Assembly (NCBI GenBank): GCA_965235115.1
Contig: OZ249441.1
Span: 35,774,001-35,838,000 of the forward strand
DNA: 64,000 nt
DNA from: Laetmonice hystrix
Lineage: Eukaryota
Direction: 5' to 3'
Part shown: one piece after another, positions 24,951 through 37,370 of the stretch
Layout: every line of letters starts with the position of its first letter
Numbering within the stretch: the stretch's first letter is position 1
The notes under the pieces: model-generated
The model's database searches: none
Seen by the model: only the letters and a program-made list of their open reading frames with translations
What the model was told of the DNA's origin: nothing
Made by a program: the position numbers and the translations under genes

Positions 24951-27900
24951 ATGGCAGCCCCGACACTGGCGCGCAAGATTCTGTCCCATGCGACACGCAA
25001 AGGACTTCTCAAGGCTGGATATGGTAAGTGCCTGAAGTCAATGGCTCTAGTTCAGACGGATTGTTGACACCCTTATGAAAGAGTCTGAACGGGTCTCGGG
25101 GGGGGGGGGGGGGGTCACTGTCGTACATTGAATCCCTCTGCACGCATAGAATCTCAAGATACGGTAAAGGCGTTCAAATGCCAATTAAATGATAATACTG
25201 AATATTTCAAAAGATTTTAACATAAGTAAAATCAGCAATGCCTTTTATGGTCTCTTTGAGGCGTCTTCGATTGGAAATGTAAAGTTTTAGAAGCCCCCAA
25301 TCCTGGCCCGCTCATTGGGGAGACTGAGAGCGAAATGTTTCAAACTTTATCTCCTAGTTCTCGCTGCGTATATTAAAGGTTTTTTTCTACTTTTGTCAAC
25401 ACTTCCTTTAGGTCAGTACCTAAATGTAAAGGATATAAATACGTCTTTAATCTGCCAGAAAATAATCCAGTAAGGCCCGGTTTAGTTATTCATAGCCATT
25501 ATCGTGGGCATATGTGAATAATATGAACGTCACATGCCATACTCTGGGATAAGTGTTCCATCTGCCATCGAAAACGTCCAACTTACTTGAAAACATCACA
25601 ATGGGCGTTAATTCGGTTTTCAGTAAAACATATTAAAACGAGTTTAACACGCACAAAGATGTTCTTTGACACGCACCTGTCCTAAATCAACTGTCTTACC
25701 TGACATATAGGCCTATATATGGGACGGCAGTGGCGCTGTTTGAGTAGCTGAACTGGGGGCCACGAAGACCATTCCTTCCCAGACAAGCACTTGGGATCCG
25801 GCACAGTTAATGTCGCCTTGAACTGACCTAACAAGAACAGAACAATTAAGGCACTTTAAGTTATGTTTGATCCAATTTTTTTCAGCTCACACACCGGCAG
25901 TTTTTGTAGACATGCGACACAGTCATGATAAGGTAAGATTTATTCATATTTTTTCAATGGTGCATTCCATGTAGTTATTTAAATGTACCCGATTCTGGAA
26001 TATATTTGAAGGGGGCAGATAAGTAGGGGCCCGAGTTTAGGGTGTTGGTACCCCCTGAGCATAGGCGTCGGAAAATAATTTGATCATGTATCCAGGGGGC
26101 TGAAGTCAGCCTAGGCGTACTCTGGCCCTGCACTGACCCAATCATTGACAAAATAGGCCGCCAGGCACGGTTGAGTGGATTCCGGTGGAGGGGGCTTCTC
26201 CCCCGTCTTGGATCACAGCCCCCCCCCCCCACCCCCCGGTTCCGACACAAATGCTTTGTGGCCCTCAATGCGCCACTGAGTCCCTTCTGGTGTGTAACAC
26301 TATCAGGCGCGGATCTAGGTTTTAGATGTGGGCTGCGGGGGGGGGGGGGGGGGGGTGCGGGGGGTTGTTGTATATGTTTTGTGTGAACCTTTCAAGCAGA
26401 ACAAAAATAAAAATAAAATACTTCGTAACGGGGGGGGGGAGAGCCCCAGTAACCCTCCCCCTTAAATCCGCCACTGACTATCACATTGGCCAATAGTGCA
26501 TGCACTAGCTTGTATATTCCGGGAGAAGTCTTTTGAAATTGTTATGAATAAATACTGTCATTTATTCTGCAGAAGACCACTAAACTAAAACATATGCTGA
26601 CGTCCCCTGACCTGGAGTTTATCATGGAAGCTCACAATGGACTGAGTGCTAAAATTGTAGAAGAAACAGGTATGGTATACAGATCTATTCATCTCTTAAA
26701 GCCCAGCTATAAACTTGTCTTCATAGAATATGACTTTCCTTTTTGCACTTTCTCTACAGGGTGTCCCATAAAAACGGAATACCACATTTCAGATATTCTA
26801 ATACCAAACCAACTGATATGACATGAAAGAACATTCTTATGATGAAAAACGACATGAAGATTTAAATGATTCACTAAGGGTAGTTCTCAATTGGGGGATG
26901 TTGTTGTGCCATACGTCTGGGTTTGTACAGCATGGGAATCTCTCGGTCCACCTTCGAGATACCAGTTAGAATAACTATAGCTCTGACTTGTCGCCCCAAA
27001 AGTGATGTCAAATTAAAAAAAAAACCGACTGAACTAATTCGGGCAATCTTTGCATAATTCTTCCTCCAAATGAGTTTTCTTGGGTTGTGTCCTGGTAAGA
27101 CGGAAATATACCAATCCTTTTTTTCTTGGCCACCCTGTATTTAGATCGGTAAAGTGTCATTCATTATTTATCTCATCTATAATGGAGCGACAATCATTAC
27201 GTGCCTGTGGAGACATGGCCTAATTTAAAAAGTCTGATCTAAACATGCGATATGATCTATTAAAGATTTTGGCACGTAACATTGCGAACACAGTATCATT
27301 CAATTTCTCAAAGTGAATCTCTATGTGAATCTCTATGTGAATCTCTATGTGAATCTCTATGTGAATCTCTAAGTGAATCTCTAAGTGAATCTCTATATGA
27401 ATCTCTAAGTGAATCTCTAAGTGAATCTCTATGTGAGTCTCTAAGTGAATCTCTATATGAATCTCTATGTGAGTCTCTAAGTGAATCTCTAAGTGAATCT
27501 CTCTGTGAATCTCTCTGTGAATCTCTAAGTGAATCTCTATGTGAATCTCTATGTGAATCTCAAAGTGAATCTCAAAGTGAGTCTCTAAGTGAGTCTCTAT
27601 GTGAATCTCAAAGTGAATCTTCATGTGAATCTCAAAGTGAATCTCAAAGTGAATCTCAAAGTGAATCTCAAAGTGAATCTCAAAGTGAATCTCAAAGTGA
27701 ATCTCAAAGTGAATCTCAAAGTGAATCTCAAAGTGAATCTCAAAGTGAATCTCAAAGTGAATCTCAAAGTGAATCTCAAAGTGAATCTCAAAGTGAATCT
27801 CAAAGTGAATCTCAAAGTGAATCTCAAAGTGAATCTCAAAGTGAATCTCAAAGTGAATCTCTATGTGAATCTCTATGTGAATCTCTATGTGAATCTCTAT

Positions 27901-30900
27901 GTGAATCTCTATGTGAATCTCTATGTGAATCTCTATGTGAATCTCTATGTGAATCTCTATGTGAATCTCTATGTGAATCTCAAACTGAATCTCAAACTGA
28001 ATCTCAAACTGAATCTCAAAGTGAATCTCAAAGTGAATCTCAAAGTGAATCTCTAGTGAATCTCTATGTGAATCTCTATGTGAGTCTCTATGTGAGTCTC
28101 TATGTGAGTCTCTATGTGAGTCTCTATGTGAGTCTCTATGTGAGTCTCTAAGTGAATCTCTAAGTGAATCTCGTCCGACAGGATTTAAGGGTATCTGGGC
28201 CAGTGGCCTGTCCATCTCGGCACAGATGGCTGTCCGGGACAGTAACGAGGCGTCTTGGACTCAGGTGGTGGACAACCTAGAGTTTATGAGTGATGCTACA
28301 ACTGTGCCCATCCTGGTGGATGCTGACACTGGATACGGCAACTTTAACAACGCACGTAGGACTGTCCGCAAACTGGAGGAGCGCGGCATCGCCGGTAAAA
28401 TTAAAGTGACCCAGTAAATATTCCGTAAACAACCCGCACTCACCACTGTCCGCAAGGAATGTATGAATCGTAAATATTCGGTAAATATTCACGCCCCAGA
28501 AAACGATTCTTACCATTGCTTGGAAACAGCAACCGTCAACAAACATGTTGGTGTACCGCTCGCATGTAAACAGTGTGGCCAGCTCAGAGTTAGGAGTGGG
28601 AAGAGCTTTCTCTTTAAATGCGGTGGCTCTGTACCAAACATAGGTACAATATTATTATGTTCATATTCATGAACACTATAATATAAGGTTGGCTGCGTTT
28701 TGGTTTGGTTACCGGATATTATTTACTGGCTCTCTTCAGAACAACTTCTGGCTGTCCCGTATCATGGTCTTTTAATAACCATTGTTGGCTATTTATAATG
28801 AAAAATACATTTATAAGCAAATAGGCCACACATGTATAGGTAAACTCAAAGGAGCCCGCACGTATAATTATAATGGAGTTAAACGATAAAGTTTTTTTTG
28901 TCTGCGTGGCTGATATACCTTAATCACCCACTTACCTGTCCTATTCCTGAAGTGGATAAAAACATTGTCTAAGTCTGAAAAGGTAATACATGGCCGGGGG
29001 TAACAACCGATAACAGAACAGCCCTATCAAAACCAGGTCATGTATCTGTCACATTTTGAATAGGACATGCTGAGCTGTTTAAAAATTGAAATTTTATATG
29101 GTAGGGAATAGGACAGGTAAGTGGGGGATTAAGGTATATTATGGGCTGTATTTATAAATGAGAAATTGCCTTTCGAGAACGAAACGTTGAAACATGAGCG
29201 AAGACCCCCTTTCAAACGTCTGCTTTTAACTCTCTCCTGCGTATGTCATATCCTTCTTACAGGTATTTGTATCGAAGACAAAATATTTCCTAAGACTAAT
29301 TCTCTCCTGGCCGACGGAGAAGGTTCTCAAAAATTGGCAGACATTGAGGAATTCTCACTTAAAATCAAGGTAGGTACATTAACTCAATTTAACTTTTTAT
29401 ACATTTACATTAATTTAACATATAATTTCTACATGTGCACCAACAGCCAGTGTGCACAGACCTTACACGCCCATACTAAATATATTTGTTTACAATATCC
29501 ACGTTTGTTCTTGCTTACCGCCGCTGCTATGACAACGTGGTCAGATTTTTGTAGGTCATATTGACTCGAGGGACGGCTTTATTTGTATGATGCCCATGCT
29601 GTACAGACTTCAGACTATACAAATATTATCATGAGAGAACGGCGATGCTAACCACAGTAAAACATAGTCGTTATCAAACTCTAAATAGCCTAAGGTCATA
29701 GGCCTATACTCTTTTTTCAGGCTTGCAAAGACACACAAAAAGACCCTGATTTTTGTGTCGTTGCCCGCGTTGAAGCCTTCATCGCTGGCTATGGGGTAGA
29801 CGAGGCACTCAAAAGGGCAGAAGCTTACAGAAATGCTGGTGAGTAGTCAAAGATAAGGAATTAAATATAATTATTATTATGTACTCATTCTTCCTTGAGC
29901 CTTTCTTGAACTTTTCGAAAAGCAGACAAATCAAGATTCAAAGAAAACAGACAAGATCTCATCAAACACGGCCTAACAACCCTGATGGACAGCAGCTTAG
30001 CATCCTCAATAATTATAATTTACCGAGAATCCAAATAGATTTTCTCAGTTTATATTTTCTTGTCGCACCAAACCCGCCTGTACAGAAGCACATATTGGCG
30101 ACTTGTTTAATGTTTGTAACATATGGTGGGCAGACGTTTGGCAAAGACAGCTGCGTTTGATTGACCTTTAATTACATTTCCATTGTGTGCAACACCCACA
30201 ATACAAAAACATATTATAACCATAGTTATAATATAATGTCCATCTGGCACGACGCACAGAAAGGTTGATATTGGAAAGTTCTAAAACTCTTTCTCACACG
30301 GCCGACTGATATATCCATAGCTTTAGGTGGCTGTTATTGTTTATCCATGTATCCTTGTGCTGTTTATCCATATATCCTTACACAGGTGCTGACGCCATTC
30401 TGATGCATAGTAAGCGCAGTGATCCCAAAGATATAGAAGAATTCATGAAGGCATGGAAAAACCAGGTACTGTTGTCGATAATTAAACTACTTTAAGGACA
30501 AGTGCTAGTGTGAGGCCAAACATTTTTTTGAGACAGATTTTGTTTAAACTTTGCAGATAAACAGAGTATGTTCTCCTCTTTCACAATTCAACAAAAAAAA
30601 TGATACCTCAACAGCTTATTTTGTTTTGGCTAAGAGCGTTTGAAGTTGCAAAATTTAAAAAAATCTGTCTCAAAATTGTATTTGCCTCACACTAGCACTT
30701 ATCCTTAAGTCGGTGCAAATTACACCTATATAATTAATACTGGCTAGTCCCGCTGTAGTCACTCTTTTAGAAGTTTATAATAAATATTAAGATTAGTTAA
30801 TGATATTTAGAGGTCGACTAGTCGAGTAAATCAGACCTTTTTATTCAGTGGACCCCTTTAATTTCCCTTGTGGAGCCCCATTGACCTTTTCAAATTCCTG

Positions 30901-31665
30901 TATCCTTCCCGGCCTGCCCCCCCCCCCCCCACACACACACACATGAAGTCAGATATTAGTGCCGACAGCCCATGTATACTGACAGCAGTTGTCTTATTCC
31001 CGGTCCAGGGCCCCGTGGTGATCGTGCCAACCAAATATTACAAGACGCCAACTGACCACTTCCGGGACATGGGCATCTCGCTCGTCATCTGGGCCAACCA
31101 CAACCTGCGCGCATGCGTGGCCGCCATGCAGGCCACCAGTGGCGCCATCTTCAGGGAACAGTCCCTGCTTAGCATAGAGAAATCGGTGAGTCGTGATATC
31201 GTCTCTTCAATCAGATGAGGCCAAAAAAAAGTTTCGTTTCTGGTCCTTTTAGATAGAAATAAATTGGTGCCGTGACCGCCGGTTTTTTTTTAAACAGTCG
31301 GATTTTTCAGGAAAAAGGATTTGACGCGGGGGGGGGGGGGGTATGTTAGATATGTTCAAAACGTTCAAAGTCCGTTATGTTGGATATGTTCAAAGTCCGT
31401 TATGTTAAATATGTTCAAAGTCCGTTATGTTAAATATGTTCAAAGTCCGTTATGTTAAATATGTTCAAAGTCCGTTATGTTGGATATGTTCAAAGTCCGT
31501 TACGTTAGATATGTTCAAAGTCCGTTATGTATTATGTTCAAAGTCCGTTATGTTCAAAGTCCGTTATGTTTACATTTTAAGGTTGTGCCCGTGAAGGAAG
31601 TCTTTCGATTGCAAGGAGAGGACGAACTTCGTGAAGCCGAGAACAAGTACCTCCCGAAGTGTTAA
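24951..31665 (+). CDS. pepM: Phosphoenolpyruvate mutase (PEP mutase), 9 exons, ~331 aa, with N-terminal extension
   Basis: Exons 24951-25023, 25886-25932, 26573-26669, 28182-28394, 29263-29369, 29721-29838, 30386-30465, 31009-31185, 31582-31665; all GT-AG, phases consistent, 996 nt total. Translation contains [44 protein letters not shown], the PEP mutase signature [10 protein letters not shown] (EDKxxxxxNS), [27 protein letters not shown] and FRLQGEDEL, colinear with Mytilus PEP mutase as I recall it. Exons 1-2 are inferred from phase fit, so they are less certain than exons 3-9. Confidence 0.96.
26757..27137. mobile_element. Tc1/mariner-type MITE in PEP mutase intron 3
   Basis: TA|CAGGGTGTCCCATAAAA...TTTTCTTGGCCACCCTG|TA imperfect TIRs with TA duplication. 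Confidence 0.75.
27313..28172. repeat. 12-bp minisatellite (gtgaatctcaaa / gtgaatctctat), ~72 copies, in PEP mutase intron 3
   Basis: Direct reading; ends 9 nt before exon 4. Confidence 0.97.
30496..30704. mobile_element. MITE with TTAA duplication in PEP mutase intron 7
   Basis: TTAA|GGACAAGTGCTAGTGTGAGGC...GCCTCACACTAGCACTTATCC|TTAA. Confidence 0.85.
31343..31570. repeat. ~25-bp minisatellite (atatgttcaaagtccgttatgtt..) next to last PEP mutase acceptor
   Basis: Direct reading; ~9 copies ending ~11 nt before exon 9. Confidence 0.9.
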
Positions 31666-31814
31666 GATATCTGCGGTACCTCTCACTTGGAAACCCCCCG
31701 GTCAGGAGTAAGGCAGGGTCCATCTATCTCTCCCAGACCCCAACTCTACACCCACACGGACAGTGCCCCGACCTCAGCACAAACCGGTGGTCAATAATCT
31801 CATTACCCCTCAAC

Positions 31815-31906
31815 TCTGGTGGCCTGGTGCAATCTGGTGGCCTGGTGCAATCTGGTGGCCTGGTGCAATCTGGTGGCCTGGTGCAATCTGGTGGCCTGGT
31901 GCAATC
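31815..31906. repeat. 18-bp repeat (tctggtggcctggtgcaa) x5 in presumed PEP mutase 3' UTR
   Basis: Lies between stop 31665 and AATAAA at ~31917. Confidence 0.9.
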
Positions 31907-32215
31907 TCACGGAATGAATAAATAGAGACAGATCTGAGACAATGTCTATTGTTAGCTACATCTATTGTTACGATCCGAGTGTGAGATATAATGTACGCTA
32001 TGAAGTGCTTCCAATAAACACTATATTTATCCCATTCCCCCCAGAGGAGAAATGGGATTTCGAAAATTTTGTTTCGTCTATATTCTACTTCTTTGTCTAT
32101 CATTGCTAAAGGTGTAGTCAGTGTAGTTTTTGAGTTAAACTTTCATAAGACTACGTGGAGCTCCTTGAGCAGTGGCAAACTTCTGATAAATGTTTCATTT
32201 TTCTTACATTAGACC

Positions 32216-33311
32216 TCTGGCCCATGTAATGTATATTTCATCCCACTGGCCCATGTAATGTATATTTTGTCCCACTGGCCCATGTAATGTATATTTTGTC
32301 CCACTGGCCCATGTAATGTATATTTTGTCCCACTGGCCCATGTAATGTATATTTCATCCCACTGGCCCATGTAATGTATATTTCGTCCCACTGGCCCATG
32401 TAATGTATATTTTGTCCCACTGGCCCATGTAATGCATATTTCATCCCACTGGCCCATGTAATGTATATTTTGTCCCACTGGCCCATGTAATGTATATTTT
32501 GTCCCACTGGCCCATGTAATGTATATTTTGTCCCACTGGCCCATGTAATGTATATTTTGTCCCACTGGCCCATGTAATGTATATTTTGTCCCACTGGCCC
32601 ATGTAATGTACCTATATTTCGTCCCACTGGCCCATGTAATGTATATTTCGTCCCACTGGCCCATGTAATGTATATTTTGTCCCACTGGCCCATGTAATGT
32701 ATATTTTGTCCCACTGACCCATGTAATGTATATTTTGTCCCATTGGCCCATGTAATGTATATTTTGTCCCACTGGCCCATGTAATGCATATTTCGTCCCA
32801 CTGGCCCATGTAATGCATATTTCATCCCACTGGCCCATGTAATGTATATTTTGTCCCACTGGCCCATGTAATGCATATTTCATCCCACTGGCCCATGTAA
32901 TGTATATTTCGTCCCACTGGCCCATGTAATGCATATTTCATCCCACTGGCCCATGTAATGTATATTTTGTCCCATTGGCCCATGTAATGTATATTTTGTC
33001 CCACTGGCCCATGTAATGTATATTTTGTCCCATTGGCCCATGTAATGTATATTTCATCCCACTGGCCCATGTAATGTATATTTTGTCCCACTGGCCCATG
33101 TAATGTATATTTCGTCCCACTAGCCCATGTAATGTATATTTCGTCCCACTGGCCCATGTATTTCGTCCCACTGGCCCATGTAATGTATATTTTGTCCCAT
33201 TGGCCCATGTAATGTATATTTTGTCCCACTGGCCCATGTAATGTATATTTTGTCCCACTGGCCCATGTAATGTATATTTTGTCCCACTGCCCCATGTAAT
33301 GTATATTTTGT
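32216..33311. repeat. 29-bp minisatellite (ccactggcccatgtaatgtatattttgtc), ~38 copies
   Basis: Direct reading. Confidence 0.97.
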
Positions 33312-33397
33312 CATACAAGACATAACTGCTTCCATGCTACCACCACGCCCACCCCCGTCACTGGCCGAGGTTTGGGTCACTGGAAGGGTTACTTTAA

Positions 33398-33736
33398 AGG
33401 TGCTATTCGTGAAAAAAAGTTCAATTTTTTTTAAATTATTTTATTGACGTTTATGTGATCCCACCTATCATGGAAATAGATTCACAACAAAGGAAATCAA
33501 AATTTTTCATGGATAACGGCACAAATGGGGCTCTCTCAGAAGGCCTGTGGAGACCCTGACACGCCCCACCATAGGAAATGGCTCTATCTCGGTGCGCACC
33601 GAGATAGGTTTCAAATGCTGCACACAAACTAATAGAAGGTTTATCAGGCCAATGGTATCGGTAGGAATTTTTTCTAGTACTATGTGCACAATGTATGATA
33701 GGAGAAATGCCATTCTGTGCGAGACGAATAGCACCT
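33398..33736. mobile_element. MITE, TTAA target duplication, AGGTGCTATTCGT TIRs (Kolobok-like); copy 2
   Basis: TTAA|AGGTGCTATTCGT...ACGAATAGCACCT|TTAA; same family and orientation as 18952-19291. Confidence 0.85.
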
Positions 33737-34704
33737 TTAAGTAAAGCCATGAGCAGCCGGTCTGATAGTTAGGAGTCCTCCTCAGAACTATACATTTGAA
33801 ATTAGTGGGACCGATTCGGAAGCTACTGGAAAGGATTCCGAGTTGCGGCTAACCGCGAGGAAAGTTGAGATTTTAACGATGTGCCTGTAATCTGGTCCCC
33901 TGTAATCTAGGTCCCCTAGTTGTATACCACATCTGCGGTGTTATTTCTTACACTATGCTTTTGAATTGTCATGCCAGCAAGTGTGTGGGCAATTATTATA
34001 AGCATAGCAGTGTTGCCAACCTGGGGAATCCAAAAAGTCCGGACCCATTCGCGAACAACATGCGACCCATTTGCGCGCGACGAAGACGTTCGCAATTAGC
34101 ACCTGTAAGTTTGCTGGCATGCCGTCAAGTAGAGTGGCTGGTTTGCCAACTGTTCAAGACCATGTCAAAACTGGTCAACTTGTGTTCCATGTTCTGATTG
34201 GTCCTTTGACTTACAGTACTGAAATTATTAAAGGTTTGAAATATACGGACCCGTACGGACAATTTTTGGAGGGTTTTCGGAATGTATACTAAAAACGATC
34301 CTCTTGAGAAGGTGAGCTGAAAATACGAAAGTTTCCGTATAAAATACGGATTACTAACGGCCTTGCCGTCAGGTGGCACCACCTCTATCGTGTAGGTGGC
34401 CCCACCAGAGCCCTCTATCGGGAGATTCCGCATCAAACCCTGGCAGCCGGTCGTCGAGTATTTAAACGATGTGTGACCCGTTTTTACTATGGACATTTTG
34501 AAATACACTATGCCCGAACGAATTCGGGGTTAAGGAACAAAGGAGGTTAGCCCCCCCCCTTAAACTTTAAAATATACGGACCTAAGTGTTTTAGGGGAGG
34601 CTCAAACATAGGGCACATGCCATTATTTAAAAAAAATATTATTCTAAATACAGATTCCGTCCACAAATAGGCCTTGATTTTGAATTACAGACATTATATA
34701 AAAT

Positions 34705-35340
34705 GTAGTACAGTGTACATGTCAGTGTAGTGTATACAGTGTACATGTCAGTGTACAGTGTGTACAGTGTACATGTCAGTGTAGTGTATACAGTGTACAT
34801 GTCAGTGTACAGTGTACATGTCAGTGTAGTGTATACAGTGTGTAGTGTACATGTCAGTGTACAGTGTGTACAGTGTACATGTTAGTGTACAGTGTGTACA
34901 GTGTACATGTTAGTGTACAGTGTGTACAGTGTACATGTCAGTGTACAGTGTGTACAGTGTACATGTCAGTGTACAGTGTGTACAGTGTACATGTTAGTGT
35001 ACAGTGTGTACAGTGTACATGTCAGTGTAGTGTATACAGTGTACATGTCAGTGTACAGTGTGTACAGTGTACATGTCAGTGTACAGTGTGTACAGTGTAC
35101 ATGTCAGTGTAGTGTATACAGTGTACATGTCAGTGTACAGTGTGTACAGTGTACATGTCAGTGTAGTGTATACAGTGTACATGTCAGTGTAGTGTATACA
35201 GTGTGTAGTGTACATGTCAGTGTACAGTGTGTACAGTGTACATGCCAGTGTAGTGTATACAGTGTACATGTCAGTGTACAGTGTGTACAGTGTACATGTT
35301 AGTGTACAGTGTGTAGACTGTACATGTTAGGGTGTACAGG
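34705..35340. repeat. Low-complexity gtgtaca/gtacatgtca composite satellite
   Basis: Direct reading. Confidence 0.9.
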
Positions 35341-36467
35341 CCCGTAGCCACGATTTTCAAAAGGGGAAAAGTGAACCTTTTTAAAGAGGTGGACTATTAT
35401 TTTAGAAAATGTTGACCTTTTAGGAGAAGAGTAGACTAAGAGACATCATGATATGGAAAGAGGCTTTAAAACTGACATGAAAAAAAGGTTTCCTGCATAC
35501 TTCTGTCTGGAGGGGGGGCAATGAGGGGTTGGCCCCCCTTACCCCCTCCCCCTAATGTACCCAGTGATACACGGACGGAGAGAGCGAACGGAATGATTGC
35601 CTCTCAACTCTCTAGAGACCATACACATGTATTTCCATTTGAAAATTCAATCATATTTGTCAGATTTGGGGGCTGGAAGTTGTGTTAAAAAGAAAGGTAT
35701 TTCGAAAACTATATTTGGGGGCTGGAAGTTGTGTTAAAAAGAAAGGTATTTTGAAAACTTGATTTGGGGGCTGGAAGTTGTGTTAAAAAGACAGGTATTT
35801 CGAAAACTTTTGAGCAAAGGGTATTCATTGAACATTTTGGTGAATAAACTTCACCTTTGCCCTTTGATATTTTGTCAACTTGTTTTACTAAAATTAGGCC
35901 CTATTATTATACTGAGGTATCTATTATAGAAGGTCAGATACCTTATAAAGTATAGTTCATTTATTAGCTTGGATGAACAATACAATCATATGCCAACCAA
36001 CAGCACTGGGACATAACTGTAATTCATTATGCATACAGTTTTAATCAATTACAATCAAAGCTAATAAATATTTCAGCACGAATAATACAGCCACCAGTAC
36101 AGTTTCTATAGTAATGGTGTACAATCCCAAACCGCTAAAATCGAAGAATATTTACTGGAGGATTTTTTACACAGCTATTCTCAGATTCGCCAAGTTTTTG
36201 ACGGCTCTCATTCTGTTTGTGTCTACTGCTGTCATGTGTAAAGATGTTCGCATGTATGTATGGATGTGACATACAGTACATACAGCAGGGGTAACAGTTA
36301 TAACATCTCAAGTTCTCACTATTGGAGTCAGAACGTTGGCAGTTAACCAAACAACCTCACGGCTGACAGTTTACAACGCCCCGATATCGTGCGGGTGACG
36401 GGTGAAACATAACCGTCCCACTCTGGACTTGTTCACAGTTTCCCGCGGGTGGCGCTTGTAGCGTCAG

Positions 36468-36518
36468 TGACGTCAGCCAGGTGACGCGTGAACCCCTGCT
36501 CTGCACTCTCAATATAAG
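36468..36518 (+). promoter_or_regulatory. Putative core promoter of ODF3-like gene: perfect CRE (TGACGTCA 36468-36475), CRE half-site, TATA-like TATAA 36513-36517
   Basis: Motifs seen 140-190 bp upstream of the ATG at 36655. Confidence 0.5.
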
Positions 36519-36654
36519 TCGAGCATCGCATACCGTTACATTTCACATTACCATTATTCATCATATCTACTTCACTAGTGCCATCTAAGTTTATTCACAG
36601 ACACACGGAGCAGCTACAGCAGATTACAACTTGATTTCGTCTCTTGATTCTACC

Positions 36655-37337
36655 ATGGCGGTCGAAACAAGAAAAATGCCTGTCTATGCAGAATATCGAG
36701 GTAGGTTTATACTTTTGATCACATATTCAGCGAGATGATAAAAAAGGTTAAGAAAACGGTTTTTGAACCAGCACGCAGTCGTACACAAGTTGACTCCATT
36801 TGTCAAGGGCTACGCTGGACTCCCACGGGAGTAGCAAGCCAGACATTGCGGGTGTGGAGGGTCCTCAGTCCTCACTGGAGGGCACATGTCATAAAACGCC
36901 ACTTTTTACGAATTATTGGATGAACTACCCCCCACCCGTCCACCCCCACCCCCAACCACCACCGCCCCACCTTTCTCTAAATGCGCCCTAGCCTCATTAA
37001 ATAGACATTTATCTTGGTTTCCGAGGACGCAACAGTTGACGGTTAAAGTAAAAAGCTGGCAGGGCAAGGTTTGGGTCACTATGATAAAACCACTACATGA
37101 TGACATTACAACACCAAATCCTGTTAGAGTCATACGGTGTAACAAAATATGCGGATATTCCGGGCGATGTCATGGCAACTGTCGGTAAACATGGCTTTAC
37201 CATTGTATGTTATCGATCTAAAGATCCACAGTTTCATCCCAGGGTGAATATATCGATATAGAGGGAAAGTTGTGCGTGATTTTAGAAATTTCTCAAATCA
37301 GAATTAGAGAAAGCACATTTGTAAGTTCAGTTGAGAC

Positions 37338-37370
<33 letters not shown>

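Noticed and set aside
23981-28215. Long repetitive ORFs (WNSWPS, EFLAFT, SESQ, EIHF)
   Set aside because: Artefacts of the 21-bp and 12-bp arrays; the latter is intronic to PEP mutase.
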